DNA from: Octopus bimaculoides
Taxonomy: Eukaryota
Assembly: GCF_001194135.2 (NCBI RefSeq)
Contig: NC_068985.1
Coordinates: forward strand, 117,808,509 to 117,846,584
Length of the DNA stretch: 38,076 nucleotides
Direction: 5' to 3'
This document shows positions 1 through 10,769 of the stretch, one piece after another; position 1 is the stretch's first letter; every line of letters begins with the position of its first letter. The translations under genes were made by a program, and so were the position numbers. The notes beneath the pieces are model-generated. The model had not been told where the DNA came from, did no database searches, and saw only the letters and a program-made list of their open reading frames with translations.

Positions 1-52
<52 letters not shown>

Positions 53-113
53 TGTGCGTGCGTGCATGTGTGCGTGTATGCGTGTGTGCGTGCGTGTGTG
101 TATGTATGTATGT
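1..113. repeat. (TG)n / (TGCG)n / (TATG)n compound microsatellite
   Basis: Direct reading of the sequence. Confidence 0.95.
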
Positions 114-217
114 CATTATTCAGTTTATTTCAAGATTTCTTCCCAATAGAGAAAGGTTTCTAACTTAGATCCAAAGTTCCTTCAATGGAATTTCAACATC
201 AATACCAAAGTAATTTC

Positions 218-292
218 ATATGTATGTATACATGTATGTATGTATGTATGTATGTATGTATTTATGTATGTATGTATGTATGTATGTATATG
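218..292. repeat. (TATG)n microsatellite
   Basis: Direct reading of the sequence. Confidence 0.95.
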
Positions 293-489
293 TATGGGGG
301 GTGTATATGAAATTATCTCTGTTGCAAGCACAAATTCCTGAAACTCAAGGATGGAATTAGTCCATACCATCTATCCCGGTATATGGCAGGTACTTTAGTT
401 TACCGATCCTGGGAGGATGAAAATCAGTTAACTTTGTTATGACACATAATGCACGACATTTTTCAGCTAATTTAAAGTATGCTAAACCA

Positions 490-559
<70 letters not shown>

Positions 560-1150
560 GAATGAGAGAGTAGTGCATGCCATCAAAGTGTCATTGGGGT
601 AAAATATACGAAGCCCATTATAGCCATCATGACTACCCGTCTGATAAGGGTACACCAGGCACATGCATCACAACCATATGTGCGCGACATGGTGATCTCA
701 TATCAAGATAGACAGCGCATAACCTCGGAGGTGGGGCCCAGCTAGAATTTTCTTCAGGTCGAGTAGCCCATCCCGCTGAAAAGGTCCCTGAATAAGGGTT
801 GTTGAACGAAACACTCGTGTTTCCGAAAGGTGAATTCTCCAAACCCCAAAGAATTTCTCTCAACACATGGCTATGATGATCCCCGACTACTTCTGCTCGT
901 GATCAGAGATGCACATATCGTCAGCCACTAAGGGACAAGCTCAACTGGTTAAGGTCAAATAATTGACAACAAATTTGTGGAATTGAGCAGAATATTTACT
1001 GTAGCCCATCTTTTATGTCAAGACAAAATAATGTACATGATAACACTACCAATCAGTTAAGATGAGAGGCCAAGAGAGTCACTGCCTGGCATTGTATCAA
1101 GGCATTGAGATGTCATGAGAGCCATTGCCTGGTACTGTATCAGGACATTT
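560..1150 (-). mobile_element. ~560-bp non-autonomous retroposon-like element, copy 1, bounded by (ATT)n at 489-559 and 1151-1223
   Basis: Colinear and highly similar to 22476-23040 over its whole length (e.g. shared catcatgactacccgtc, gggtacaccaggcacatgcatcacaaccatatgtgcgc, aaaccccaaagaatt). No ORF. Strand inferred from the (AAT)n 3' tail and from the orientation of the homologous block upstream of the + strand R4 ORF. Confidence 0.85.
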
Positions 1151-1158
1151 ATTATTTA

Positions 1159-1226
<68 letters not shown>

Positions 1227-1665
1227 GTTATTGTTGTTGTTGTCATAGTCAATTTTCTAATTTTATCTTTTCGTCTCCACGAAGACAACTGTGATATATA
1301 TTCCTTTGCAGTATTAACGAAACACGACACAGCATAATAAATGGCGCAACTTTAAATTGGTTAATAGATGTTCACAAGTTTTCTCTTTTTCTAATGAAAT
1401 TCTATGCCAACACTTCTACGTCAAATACACGACTGCATGCGCTCACTAATATTAACACCCTTGTAGCAAAAGACTAAAAAAAAACTAATACCTGTTCTTG
1501 ATTGCAGGAGCAAATCTGATTTTAAAAGTAAAAAAAGTTTGATCCAGTGATAACAACGTTATCATTAACACAATAACATTACCTTGATTCTTTAAAATGG
1601 CAGTGACAATTTCTCTGGCAGATACACACGCGCACACACATGCATACTGACATACATATACATGC

Positions 1666-1701
<36 letters not shown>

Positions 1702-2489
1702 NNNNNNNNNNNNNNNNNNNNNNNNNNNNNNNNNNNNNNNNNNNNNNNNNNNNNNNNNNNNNNNNNNNNNNNNNNNNNNNNNNNNNNNNNNNNNNNNNNN
1801 NNNNNNNNNNNNNNNNNNNNNNNNNNNNNNNNNNNNNNNNNNNNNNNNNNNNNNNNNNNNNNNNNNNNNNNNNNNNNNNNNNNNNNNNNNNNNNNNNNNN
1901 NNNNNNNNNNNNNNNNNNNNNNNNNNNNNNNNNNNNNNNNNNNNNNNNNNNNNNNNNNNNNNNNNNNNNNNNNNNNNNNNNNNNNNNNNNNNNNNNNNNN
2001 NNNNNNNNNNNNNNNNNNNNNNNNNNNNNNNNNNNNNNNNNNNNNNNNNNNNNNNNNNNNNNNNNNNNNNNNNNNNNNNNNNNNNNNNNNNNNNNNNNNN
2101 NNNNNNNNNNNNNNNNNNNNNNNNNNNNNNNNNNNNNNNNNNNNNNNNNNNNNNNNNNNNNNNNNNNNNNNNNNNNNNNNNNNNNNNNNNNNNNNNNNNN
2201 NNNNNNNNNNNNNNNNNNNNNNNNNNNNNNNNNNNNNNNNNNNNNNNNNNNNNNNNNNNNNNNNNNNNNNNNNNNNNNNNNNNNNNNNNNNNNNNNNNNN
2301 NNNNNNNNNNNNNNNNNNNNNNNNNNNNNNNNNNNNNNNNNNNNNNNNNNNNNNNNNNNNNNNNNNNNNNNNNNNNNNNNNNNNNNNNNNNNNNNNNNNN
2401 NNNNNNNNNNNNNNNNNNNNNNNNNNNNNNNNNNNNNNNNNNNNNNNNNNNNNNNNNNNNNNNNNNNNNNNNNNNNNNNNNNNNNNNNN

Positions 2490-2531
<42 letters not shown>

Positions 2532-2789
2532 GACATAGACACGCACACATCAAAGTAAAGAGTTCAAAGAAAAAGTAACTCTGTACAGCAAAGTAAAGTA
2601 ATTAAAAATTATTTATTTGAAGCTGAAATTTCACAAATGACAACTCTGAGTTTCACGTTTCCGATTCGTAGATGATAATTGGAGTAAAACAAAGTGATAA
2701 CACTTCTACATGTATTGAGGTAGTGTACAATTTGATTATGAAGGTAAAGACGCGAAGAAAAACGAGACAGTATAGGAGAAACAATTTTT

Positions 2790-2900
2790 CCCAGATACTT
2801 TAATAGTTTAATGCTGAAACAGAGAGGAAAAAAGACTTAACGTTTCGATACGAGCGCTACATCAAGTGGAAATTATAGAAGAAAGTAAATAAGTGTGGAA
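2790..2900 (-). mobile_element. Degenerate Penelope-like terminal-repeat remnant (same family as 8830-9010)
   Basis: agtttaatgct...aaaagacttaacgtttcg...gctacatcaa aligns loosely with agtttaacgct...aaaagtatttgacgtttgg...gctcttcaa at 8868-8927. The minus strand reads cTTGATGTAG...GAAACGTT, a decayed hammerhead-like core. Confidence 0.35.
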
Positions 2901-2989
2901 GGGGAAAACTGGTTGATAAAGGAAAATACGGCGAGTGGCTAGATTCTAGGGATCTCTGTTTAATTTGAATACTCAGAGTACAGTTGGGA

Positions 2990-3007
2990 AACAGACAGAC
3001 AGATAGG

Positions 3008-3052
<45 letters not shown>

Positions 3053-3161
3053 GCATTCTCACATATTTCATACCTGTTATATCTAGCCAGGCATCTAGCC
3101 AGGCATGCAGCCAGCCAGCTAGTCAACTATACATCTATCTATCTATTTATTATTATATACT

Positions 3162-3197
<36 letters not shown>

Positions 3198-3214
3198 ATA
3201 ATAACATAATGATG

Positions 3215-3265
<51 letters not shown>

Positions 3266-3285
3266 GCGATAATATCAATAATAAT
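2990..3285. repeat. Compound (GACA)/(GATA)n, (TA)n and (AAT)n microsatellites
   Basis: Direct reading of the sequence. Confidence 0.95.
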
Positions 3286-4090
3286 NNNNNNNNNNNNNNN
3301 NNNNNNNNNNNNNNNNNNNNNNNNNNNNNNNNNNNNNNNNNNNNNNNNNNNNNNNNNNNNNNNNNNNNNNNNNNNNNNNNNNNNNNNNNNNNNNNNNNNN
3401 NNNNNNNNNNNNNNNNNNNNNNNNNNNNNNNNNNNNNNNNNNNNNNNNNNNNNNNNNNNNNNNNNNNNNNNNNNNNNNNNNNNNNNNNNNNNNNNNNNNN
3501 NNNNNNNNNNNNNNNNNNNNNNNNNNNNNNNNNNNNNNNNNNNNNNNNNNNNNNNNNNNNNNNNNNNNNNNNNNNNNNNNNNNNNNNNNNNNNNNNNNNN
3601 NNNNNNNNNNNNNNNNNNNNNNNNNNNNNNNNNNNNNNNNNNNNNNNNNNNNNNNNNNNNNNNNNNNNNNNNNNNNNNNNNNNNNNNNNNNNNNNNNNNN
3701 NNNNNNNNNNNNNNNNNNNNNNNNNNNNNNNNNNNNNNNNNNNNNNNNNNNNNNNNNNNNNNNNNNNNNNNNNNNNNNNNNNNNNNNNNNNNNNNNNNNN
3801 NNNNNNNNNNNNNNNNNNNNNNNNNNNNNNNNNNNNNNNNNNNNNNNNNNNNNNNNNNNNNNNNNNNNNNNNNNNNNNNNNNNNNNNNNNNNNNNNNNNN
3901 NNNNNNNNNNNNNNNNNNNNNNNNNNNNNNNNNNNNNNNNNNNNNNNNNNNNNNNNNNNNNNNNNNNNNNNNNNNNNNNNNNNNNNNNNNNNNNNNNNNN
4001 NNNNNNNNNNNNNNNNNNNNNNNNNNNNNNNNNNNNNNNNNNNNNNNNNNNNNNNNNNNNNNNNNNNNNNNNNNNNNNNNNNNNNNNNNA

Positions 4091-4182
4091 TGCTCCCGTA
4101 ACTTAGTGGTTCGGCAAAAGAGTCGATAGAATAAGTACTAGACTTACAAAGAATAAGTCAAACGACTGAAACAAATAAAAGA

Positions 4183-4185
<3 letters not shown>
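4091..4185 (+). mobile_element. SINE family A, 3' portion
   Basis: cccgtaacttagtggttcggcaaaagagtcgatagaataagtactagacttacaaagaataagtc matches the 3' half of the copy at 5585-5925. Confidence 0.85.
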
Positions 4186-4229
<44 letters not shown>

Positions 4230-4231
<2 letters not shown>

Positions 4232-4375
4232 CAGGACGGACTTCTTTCAATTTCCGTTTAATAAATCCACTGACAAAGTTTAATCGGCCTGGGGCTGTAG
4301 GAGAAGACACTTGCCGAAGGTGCCACTCAGTGAGACTGAACAGAGACCACGTGGTTGGGAAGCAACCTTCTTACA
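4230..4375 (-). mobile_element. SINE family A, 5' tRNA-like head
   Basis: Reverse complement of the head seen in other copies (gaagacacttgccgaaggtgccactcagtgagactgaac...gtggttgggaagcaaccttctta). Confidence 0.85.
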
Positions 4376-5584
4376 TATGAAGTGACGCTTTCGTCTATTA
4401 TGCATGTCATATGTTGTGGACACCAGAAATTGAAATATTTAATGCACCAGCAATTAAAATAGCAACATAAGGTGAACACCATTTCATAGAAATAAAAATG
4501 TCCATACTAAATTCGAAATCTGTTCGTGAATTGTGTGAAGATTCTGTAGATATAAAGAAACCGTCTTGAAGCGTTTTAGCAGCATACACATGCATGGGTC
4601 ATATATTCCTAATGCATATACACATAGATACAAACACAAGCATACACTCTTTATCTAATTCAGTATTCATTAAAACTTCTTCCTCCTGGGTTGTCTTTTC
4701 ACTATCTTTTAATCTTAATTACATTTACAAAGTGTATATATACATATATACGTGCATACTATATATNNNNNNNNNNNNNNNNNNNNNNNNNNNNNNNNNN
4801 NNNNNNNNNNNNNNNNNNNNNNNNNNNNNNNNNNNNNNNNNNNNNNNNNNNNNNNNNNNNNNNNNNNNNNNNNNNNNNNNNNNNNNNNNNNNNNNNNNNN
4901 NNNNNNNNNNNNNNNNNNNNNNNNNNNNNNNNNNNNNNNNNNNNNNNNNNNNNNNNNNNNNNNNNNNNNNNNNNNNNNNNNNNNNNNNNNNNNNNNNNNN
5001 NNNNNNNNNNNNNNNNNNNNNNNNNNNNNNNNNNNNNNNNNNNNNNNNNNNNNNNNNNNNNNNNNNNNNNNNNNNNNNNNNNNNNNNNNNNNNNNNNNNN
5101 NNNNNNNNNNNNNNNNNNNNNNNNNNNNNNNNNNNNNNNNNNNNNNNNNNNNNNNNNNNNNNNNNNNNNNNNNNNNNNNNNNNNNNNNNNNNNNNNNNNN
5201 NNNNNNNNNNNNNNNNNNNNNNNNNNNNNNNNNNNNNNNNNNNNNNNNNNNNNNNNNNNNNNNNNNNNNNNNNNNNNNNNNNNNNNNNNNNNNNNNNNNN
5301 NNNNNNNNNNNNNNNNNNNNNNNNNNNNNNNNNNNNNNNNNNNNNNNNNNNNNNNNNNNNNNNNNNNNNNNNNNNNNNNNNNNNNNNNNNNNNNNNNNNN
5401 NNNNNNNNNNNNNNNNNNNNNNNNNNNNNNNNNNNNNNNNNNNNNNNNNNNNNNNNNNNNNNNNNNNNNNNNNNNNNNNNNNNNNNNNNNNNNNNNNNNN
5501 NNNNNNNNNNNNNNNNNNNNNNNNNNNNNNNNNNNNNNNNNNNNNNNNNNNNNNNNNNNNNNNNNNNNNNNNNNNNNNNNNNNN

Positions 5585-5658
5585 ATAGCCTCGGGCCGAC
5601 CAAAGCCCTGTGAGTGGATTTGGTAGACGGAAACTGAAAGAAGCCTGTCGTGTATATG

Positions 5659-5700
<42 letters not shown>

Positions 5701-5925
5701 TGTGTGTCTGTGTGTCTGTGTTTGTCCCCCTAGCATCGCTTGACAACCGATGCTGGTGTGCTTATGTCCCCGTCACTTAGCGGTTCGGCAAAGAGACGGA
5801 TAGAATAAGTACTAGACTTACGAAGAAAAATCCCGAGGTCGATTTGCTCGACTAAAGGCGGTGCTCCAGCATGGCCACAGTCAAATGACTGAAACAAGTA
5901 AAAGAGTAAAAGAATAAAAGAGTAT
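5585..5925 (+). mobile_element. SINE family A with internal (TA)n(TG)n tract; head lost in the gap
   Basis: gcctcgggccgaccaaagccctgtgagtggatttggtagacggaaactgaaagaagcc, microsatellite, then gcttgacaaccgatgctggtgtg...ggcggtgctccagcatggccacagtcaaatgactgaaacaagtaaaagag. Homologous blocks recur at 8 or more sites in the window. Confidence 0.9.
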
Positions 5926-6329
5926 TATTTCTCTCACTCTCTCTTTCCCACTCTCCCTCTCTCTCTATATATATATACACACACATACATATATGTGTGT
6001 GAGAATGTGTGTGCGTGCATACGTGTGTGTGTGTGTGTGCATTTGCTCATCACTAGTCTTCCATAGAATGCTAACGTGGAAGCATCACAGAACGTATTAT
6101 CCGAGTGGTAGAGAGTTGTGCAAGCCTCTGACAAAATTCTCAGTGCTAGGCACTCAGTCTTGGTTTTCTACCATATTTACCCCCACCTCGTTTATTTTTT
6201 CAGCAAATTTACTGGAGGTCAATACGTCGTTTTCACCTGTATTTTTCTCTTCAAGTGGTACTCGAAAGTTGATGACGGTTCGACCGAAAAGGAAAGTATC
6301 TAGCCTCAATATTTAGCTTAAAAACTCGT

Positions 6330-6530
6330 CCACCAGTTGAGAGTGTTGCACTCACAATCGAAAGATCGTGATTTTGATTCCTGGACCTGTCAGCGAGTTG
6401 TGTTCTTGAGCAAGACACTTCATTTCACGTCGCTCCAATCTAGTCAGTTATTAATGAATTCCAGCGGTAGCTGGGAAGTTAACATTCCGGTGGACTGGCG
6501 CCCAGTTCAATGGAGCATGTTGTAATCTTA
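6330..6530 (+). mobile_element. tRNA-derived SINE family C, degenerate
   Basis: B-box-like ttgattcctgg followed by tgtgttcttgagcaagacacttcatttcacgtcgctcca, the reverse complement of tggagcaacgtgagataaagtgtcttgctcaagaac at ~34248-34283. Confidence 0.7.
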
Positions 6531-7103
6531 GTCATTTATGCACCATCGAATCTAATTTAAGCTCCTGCTTTATGCGTCCCAGACATAGGTCATGACAGAC
6601 CAATGTTTAGGCTTAAGTTGTCCACCGTATTAATATTAATTATGACAAGGATATTAAGGACTGTTAATAACCCCACGCACACACCATACACGCATTTTTT
6701 AAGTCTAAAAAGAAATTTAAACAATAATTTTTTTTTTAAATAATGCAATTTTCAATAAAAGTTGATTTTAATCGGCAATAAATCAACAACTTTTTATATT
6801 TACAAATCAAAGAATGAAAAACACAGAACAATAATTTTTTTTTAATTTTATTTTAAATATCAAAGGCAAAAGTAAAACATAATTAAATTTCTAAAAAATG
6901 ATTTTATGGGAACTTAATTCTTTGCCAAGGCGATAAGAGATTATTGCAACGACAACAACTACAAAAACAGGAACGAACAAAACTAAATATTCAGCGAAAC
7001 AATATAAAATAACATTTAAGGAACGGAAATCAACAGCTCAAGAAATAAGCAAAATAGGTAAATAAATATATAGAGATAGATAGATAGAGAGATAGACAGA
7101 GAT

Positions 7104-7145
<42 letters not shown>

Positions 7146-8247
7146 TGACTGATAGATGTGTAGGTATATATATATGTATACATATGTATATGTGTGTGTG
7201 TNNNNNNNNNNNNNNNNNNNNNNNNNNNNNNNNNNNNNNNNNNNNNNNNNNNNNNNNNNNNNNNNNNNNNNNNNNNNNNNNNNNNNNNNNNNNNNNNNNN
7301 NNNNNNNNNNNNNNNNNNNNNNNNNNNNNNNNNNNNNNNNNNNNNNNNNNNNNNNNNNNNNNNNNNNNNNNNNNNNNNNNNNNNNNNNNNNNNNNNNNNN
7401 NNNNNNNNNNNNNNNACATACACACACGCACGCACATACATACATACATACATACACACATACATACACACACATACATTTCTCCACAATATGCATAATG
7501 TTTTAAATAAAGATTAAACGGTCTGTTAGGATTTTCATTAAGACATCAAAAGCTAGTCTAAATGGCTCTCTTAACGGTGGAAGTGTCGATTGAAGGTTAA
7601 AAGTGACAAAAGTGGTGGAGTGGGGTGGAAGTAGAGTGAGGTGATGGTTGTAGTGGTCGTGGCAATGGTGGTAGTGGTGGTGGTGGTGGCGATGATTGTG
7701 ATGGTAAAGGTAGATTATTCAGCTGGGACGGTTATTGGTTAATGATTAAAGGTAAGAACTCTATGAGTTTACAGGTAAGGGATAATGTTAAGCGTATGTT
7801 TCGAGCTGTTTAACCAAGGTTGGTTAGAAGTTGATTGAATGGCGGAAGATGATTTGGCAGCCGACATGTAGTGGACGAAATTGCTTATTTGTGGGCAATG
7901 GTCAGTGGTTCAATTACGGGAGACGCCAAATTACGATTTTTTCTCTTTTTTTTTTTCGTTATGTCAAAACAATTTATTGTTACAAAACATGAGTAAATGA
8001 TGGTGATGGAATGGAAAGTTAATGCATATACACATACAATTGCACCCATACACACAGCCGTATATACCCATGCAAAACCATAGTGATATCTTCTACCGGT
8101 ATGTGTAGCCACTTTTTTCTGTCTTCTAAAGAACATTTACCTGATTTCCTAAGCTGTCTTCACATCCATCCTGCGTTCAAGGAATTCCTTTATTTTCTGT
8201 ATAACACCGACTCAGCTGGTGTCACATTCCAAAACCTATTTTTTAGC

Positions 8248-8476
8248 GAATAAAAAGTTTTGAATGGTACAACAATGCCTTATAATACAAAAAATGGACT
8301 ATATACTTGTTATAATTTAGCTATCCATGGTCCGATGATATTTCGGAATACAATTCCTTCTTCAAATATTCTTAGATGGAGTCGCTCATCGGACTATGAT
8401 TAAGTAAATTACTACAGGTATATAGTCCATTTTTTGTATTATAGTGCATTGTTGTACCATTCAAAACTTTTTATTC
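8248..8476. repeat. 91-bp inverted repeat pair with 47-bp spacer (MITE-like hairpin)
   Basis: 8248-8338 versus the reverse complement of 8386-8476: I count 10 mismatches in 91 nt, only 2 of them in the outer 59 nt. Confidence 0.9.
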
Positions 8477-8829
8477 TTTACAAACAATACACAATGCTTC
8501 AAGCGAACTACAATACTCTCCTATTTTTTAACATTATAAAAAGTCGATAAGTGTTACCATGTGTCTCTTAGTTTAATAGTACAGGGCATTCAGCCAGAAT
8601 TTGAGAGGTGCAGGGTTCGATTCTCTGTAGAGGCCTACTGATCACCTTTTTCCCACTTCTTACTTAAGGGTATTTACCCGATTTTCTTAGCTAGTCCATA
8701 GCCATCCTGCGTTAGAGGAATTCCTTTATTTTCTGCTGAAAATGTGTGTGTGTGTGTGTGTGTGTGTCTGTGTGTGTGTGTGTCTGTGTCTGTGTCTCTG
8801 TGTGTGTGGTTCAAATTGACAGAAAACAA

Positions 8830-9010
8830 TAGACGTAGACAGGTGCTGGAACAACGAGCAGGTGTGTTAGTTTAACGCTCGGGAAGAATGGAAAAGTATT
8901 TGACGTTTGGAACCAATGCTCTTCAACAGAAAATATTGAGAGAGAAAAAATGTGTAGGGATTAAGAAAGAGGCTGAGTGGAATGGAGATAATAACGATAA
9001 CCCAGCCGAA
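8830..9010 (-). mobile_element. Penelope-like terminal-repeat remnant with degenerate minimal hammerhead motif (8896-8936)
   Basis: Minus strand reads tttt-CTGTTGA-A-GAGcattggTTC-CAAA-CG-TC-aaa, the layout of a type I minimal hammerhead with two core changes (A6U, G12C). Confidence 0.4.
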
Positions 9011-9027
9011 CCAGGGTGAGCAAGCGC

Positions 9028-9084
<57 letters not shown>

Positions 9085-9085
9085 T

Positions 9086-9395
9086 CCCAACCACATGAAT
9101 CCAAGTTCAGTACCACTACGTAGTACCTTAGGCAAGTGTCTTGTGAGTGGATTTGGTAGACCGAAACTGAAAGAAACATATCCCTATCGTATATATGTAT
9201 ATATCTATGTGTATCATTGTGTCTGTGCTTGTCCCTCCATCACCGCTTGACAACCGGTGCTGGAGTGTTTACATCCCCGTAACTTAGTGGATCACGAAAG
9301 AGATCCTAAAATCGACTTCTTCGACTGCAACCTTTCAAGGCGGTACTCCAGCATGGCTGCAGTCAATTAAAAGAAACAAGTAAGAAAAATAAAAG
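9086..9395 (+). mobile_element. SINE family A, internally deleted copy
   Basis: tcccaaccacatg...ggcaagtgtctt joined to gtgagtggatttggtagac; short (TA) core; gcttgacaaccggtgctgg; tail ggcggtactccagcatggctgcagtcaa. Confidence 0.85.
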
Positions 9396-9530
9396 AAATA
9401 TGTATATAAATATATATATTTAAATATCGAACACTGCATTGGTTGACAAAATTTCTTTCTTTGTGTATTAAGGCTATACTTTGGTTTCATGTTAAGAAAA
9501 TATCTTAATATTTTAACAATTGTAAAGCCT

Positions 9531-9726
9531 ATCACAAGGAGAACTGGTGTTCGTCTCCATTTTGGATAAAAACACGAAAATTCACAGTAAAGTCTCTTAA
9601 AGAAAATAAGAAATTCAAGAGTAGCGCTCCTTGATTTCTTCTTTTTTTACGAGACTTTATTGTGAAAACCCGTGAAAATTCGTGTTTTCATCCAAAATAG
9701 AGACGAACACTGTTCCTCCGTCTGAT
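9531..9726. mobile_element. ~195-bp fold-back (MITE-like) element
   Basis: Left arm atcacaaggagaactggtgttcgtctccatttggataaaaacacgaa is the inverted homologue of the right arm ttcgtgttttcatccaaaatagagacgaacactgttcctccgtctgat. The termini resemble those at 33182 and 34156. Confidence 0.8.
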
Positions 9727-9809
9727 CAGCTTGAAAAATTGCTAAGATATTAAGATATTTCTTAACATGAAACCAATTACGGCCTTAATACACAAATAAA
9801 AGTATATAT

Positions 9810-9840
<31 letters not shown>

Positions 9841-10006
9841 NNNNNNNNNNNNNNNNNNNNNNNNNNNNNNNNNNNNNNNNNNNNNNNNNNNNNNNNNNNN
9901 NNNNNNNNNNNNNNNNNNNNNNNNNNNNNNNNNNNNNNNNNNNNNNNNNNNNNNNNNNNNNNNNNNNNNNNNNNNNNNNNNNNNNNNNNNNNNNNNNNNN
10001 NNNNNN

Positions 10007-10460
10007 TAAGCAGCGATGCGTACAAACATAAACTTGTTATCAGTTCAAATATACTTGAGACATATTGGAACCTGTAAGAAAACTATTCCCTAATTTTGCC
10101 GTAGAGGAAAAACCTCGCTGAAGACTAGAAAGTGTAAACAAGTCAGTCTGGATCGCTCTCCACCTATATCGATGGATGCGTGCATTTCGGATTAGTTATC
10201 TCCTCTTCAACAGTGATCACTTGAAAGAGAGGTGTTCCGAGCTGATTACGGGAGACCACATCTCTCTAATTACCTTCCATTAAAAGTATTGTAACTAGTT
10301 GTGCTAATCGACAGTCCAGCCGTAGCAAATGCGGAATAAAAGCGCTAAGATGTGATGTGTACAAATATAAACTTGTTAGCAGTTCAAATATGCTTGGGAT
10401 ATATTCGCATCAGAAAGAAAGCCTTTCACTACAGAAAAATTCTCGCTGGAAAGTTTGATG
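10007..10460. repeat. ~110-120-bp imperfect direct repeat (10007-10127 and 10347-10457)
   Basis: gtacaaacataaacttgttatcagttcaaatatacttg versus gtacaaatataaacttgttagcagttcaaatatgcttg; both are followed by a gaaaaa..ctcgctg motif. Confidence 0.75.
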
Positions 10461-10769
10461 CTTAGAATAGTCCGGCAGAAAATTGCTTCATAGACTTATG
10501 CTAATTGCACAAATATATATTGGAGCAAGACGAACATCATCGCTTTAGTAATTCACGATCACGACCCATGCGTTTCGCCTTTATTCTGCCTCTCAATGGT
10601 GTGCACTCGAATGTCACCTGTTTAAACGAAATTCGTGTCTCAACATATAAGAAACAATGAATAAAACAATCATTGGTGCTGCGGAATCTTGCTGGACTGT
10701 CCATGAAGAGATTTTATCTAAGACAATTTCACAGCATTGTGTTTGTCAACGGTGTATATCCTCTTTTAT

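Noticed and set aside
4407-4595. 62-aa minus-strand ORF with a hydrophobic C-terminus and a nearby acceptor-like tttctttatatctacag
   Set aside because: All three frames hit a stop before the candidate donor, and the ORF resembles no family I recognise.
6269-6300. TTGATGA-C-GGT-TCG-ACC-GAAA hammerhead-like core on the + strand
   Set aside because: Stem II forms, but C3 is changed and I cannot form stems I or III around it.
1485-7517. Long ORFs of 280-350 aa in the ORF track (also at 25.6-35.4 kb)
   Set aside because: They are open only because they run through N gaps and dinucleotide repeats; there is no real coding signal.
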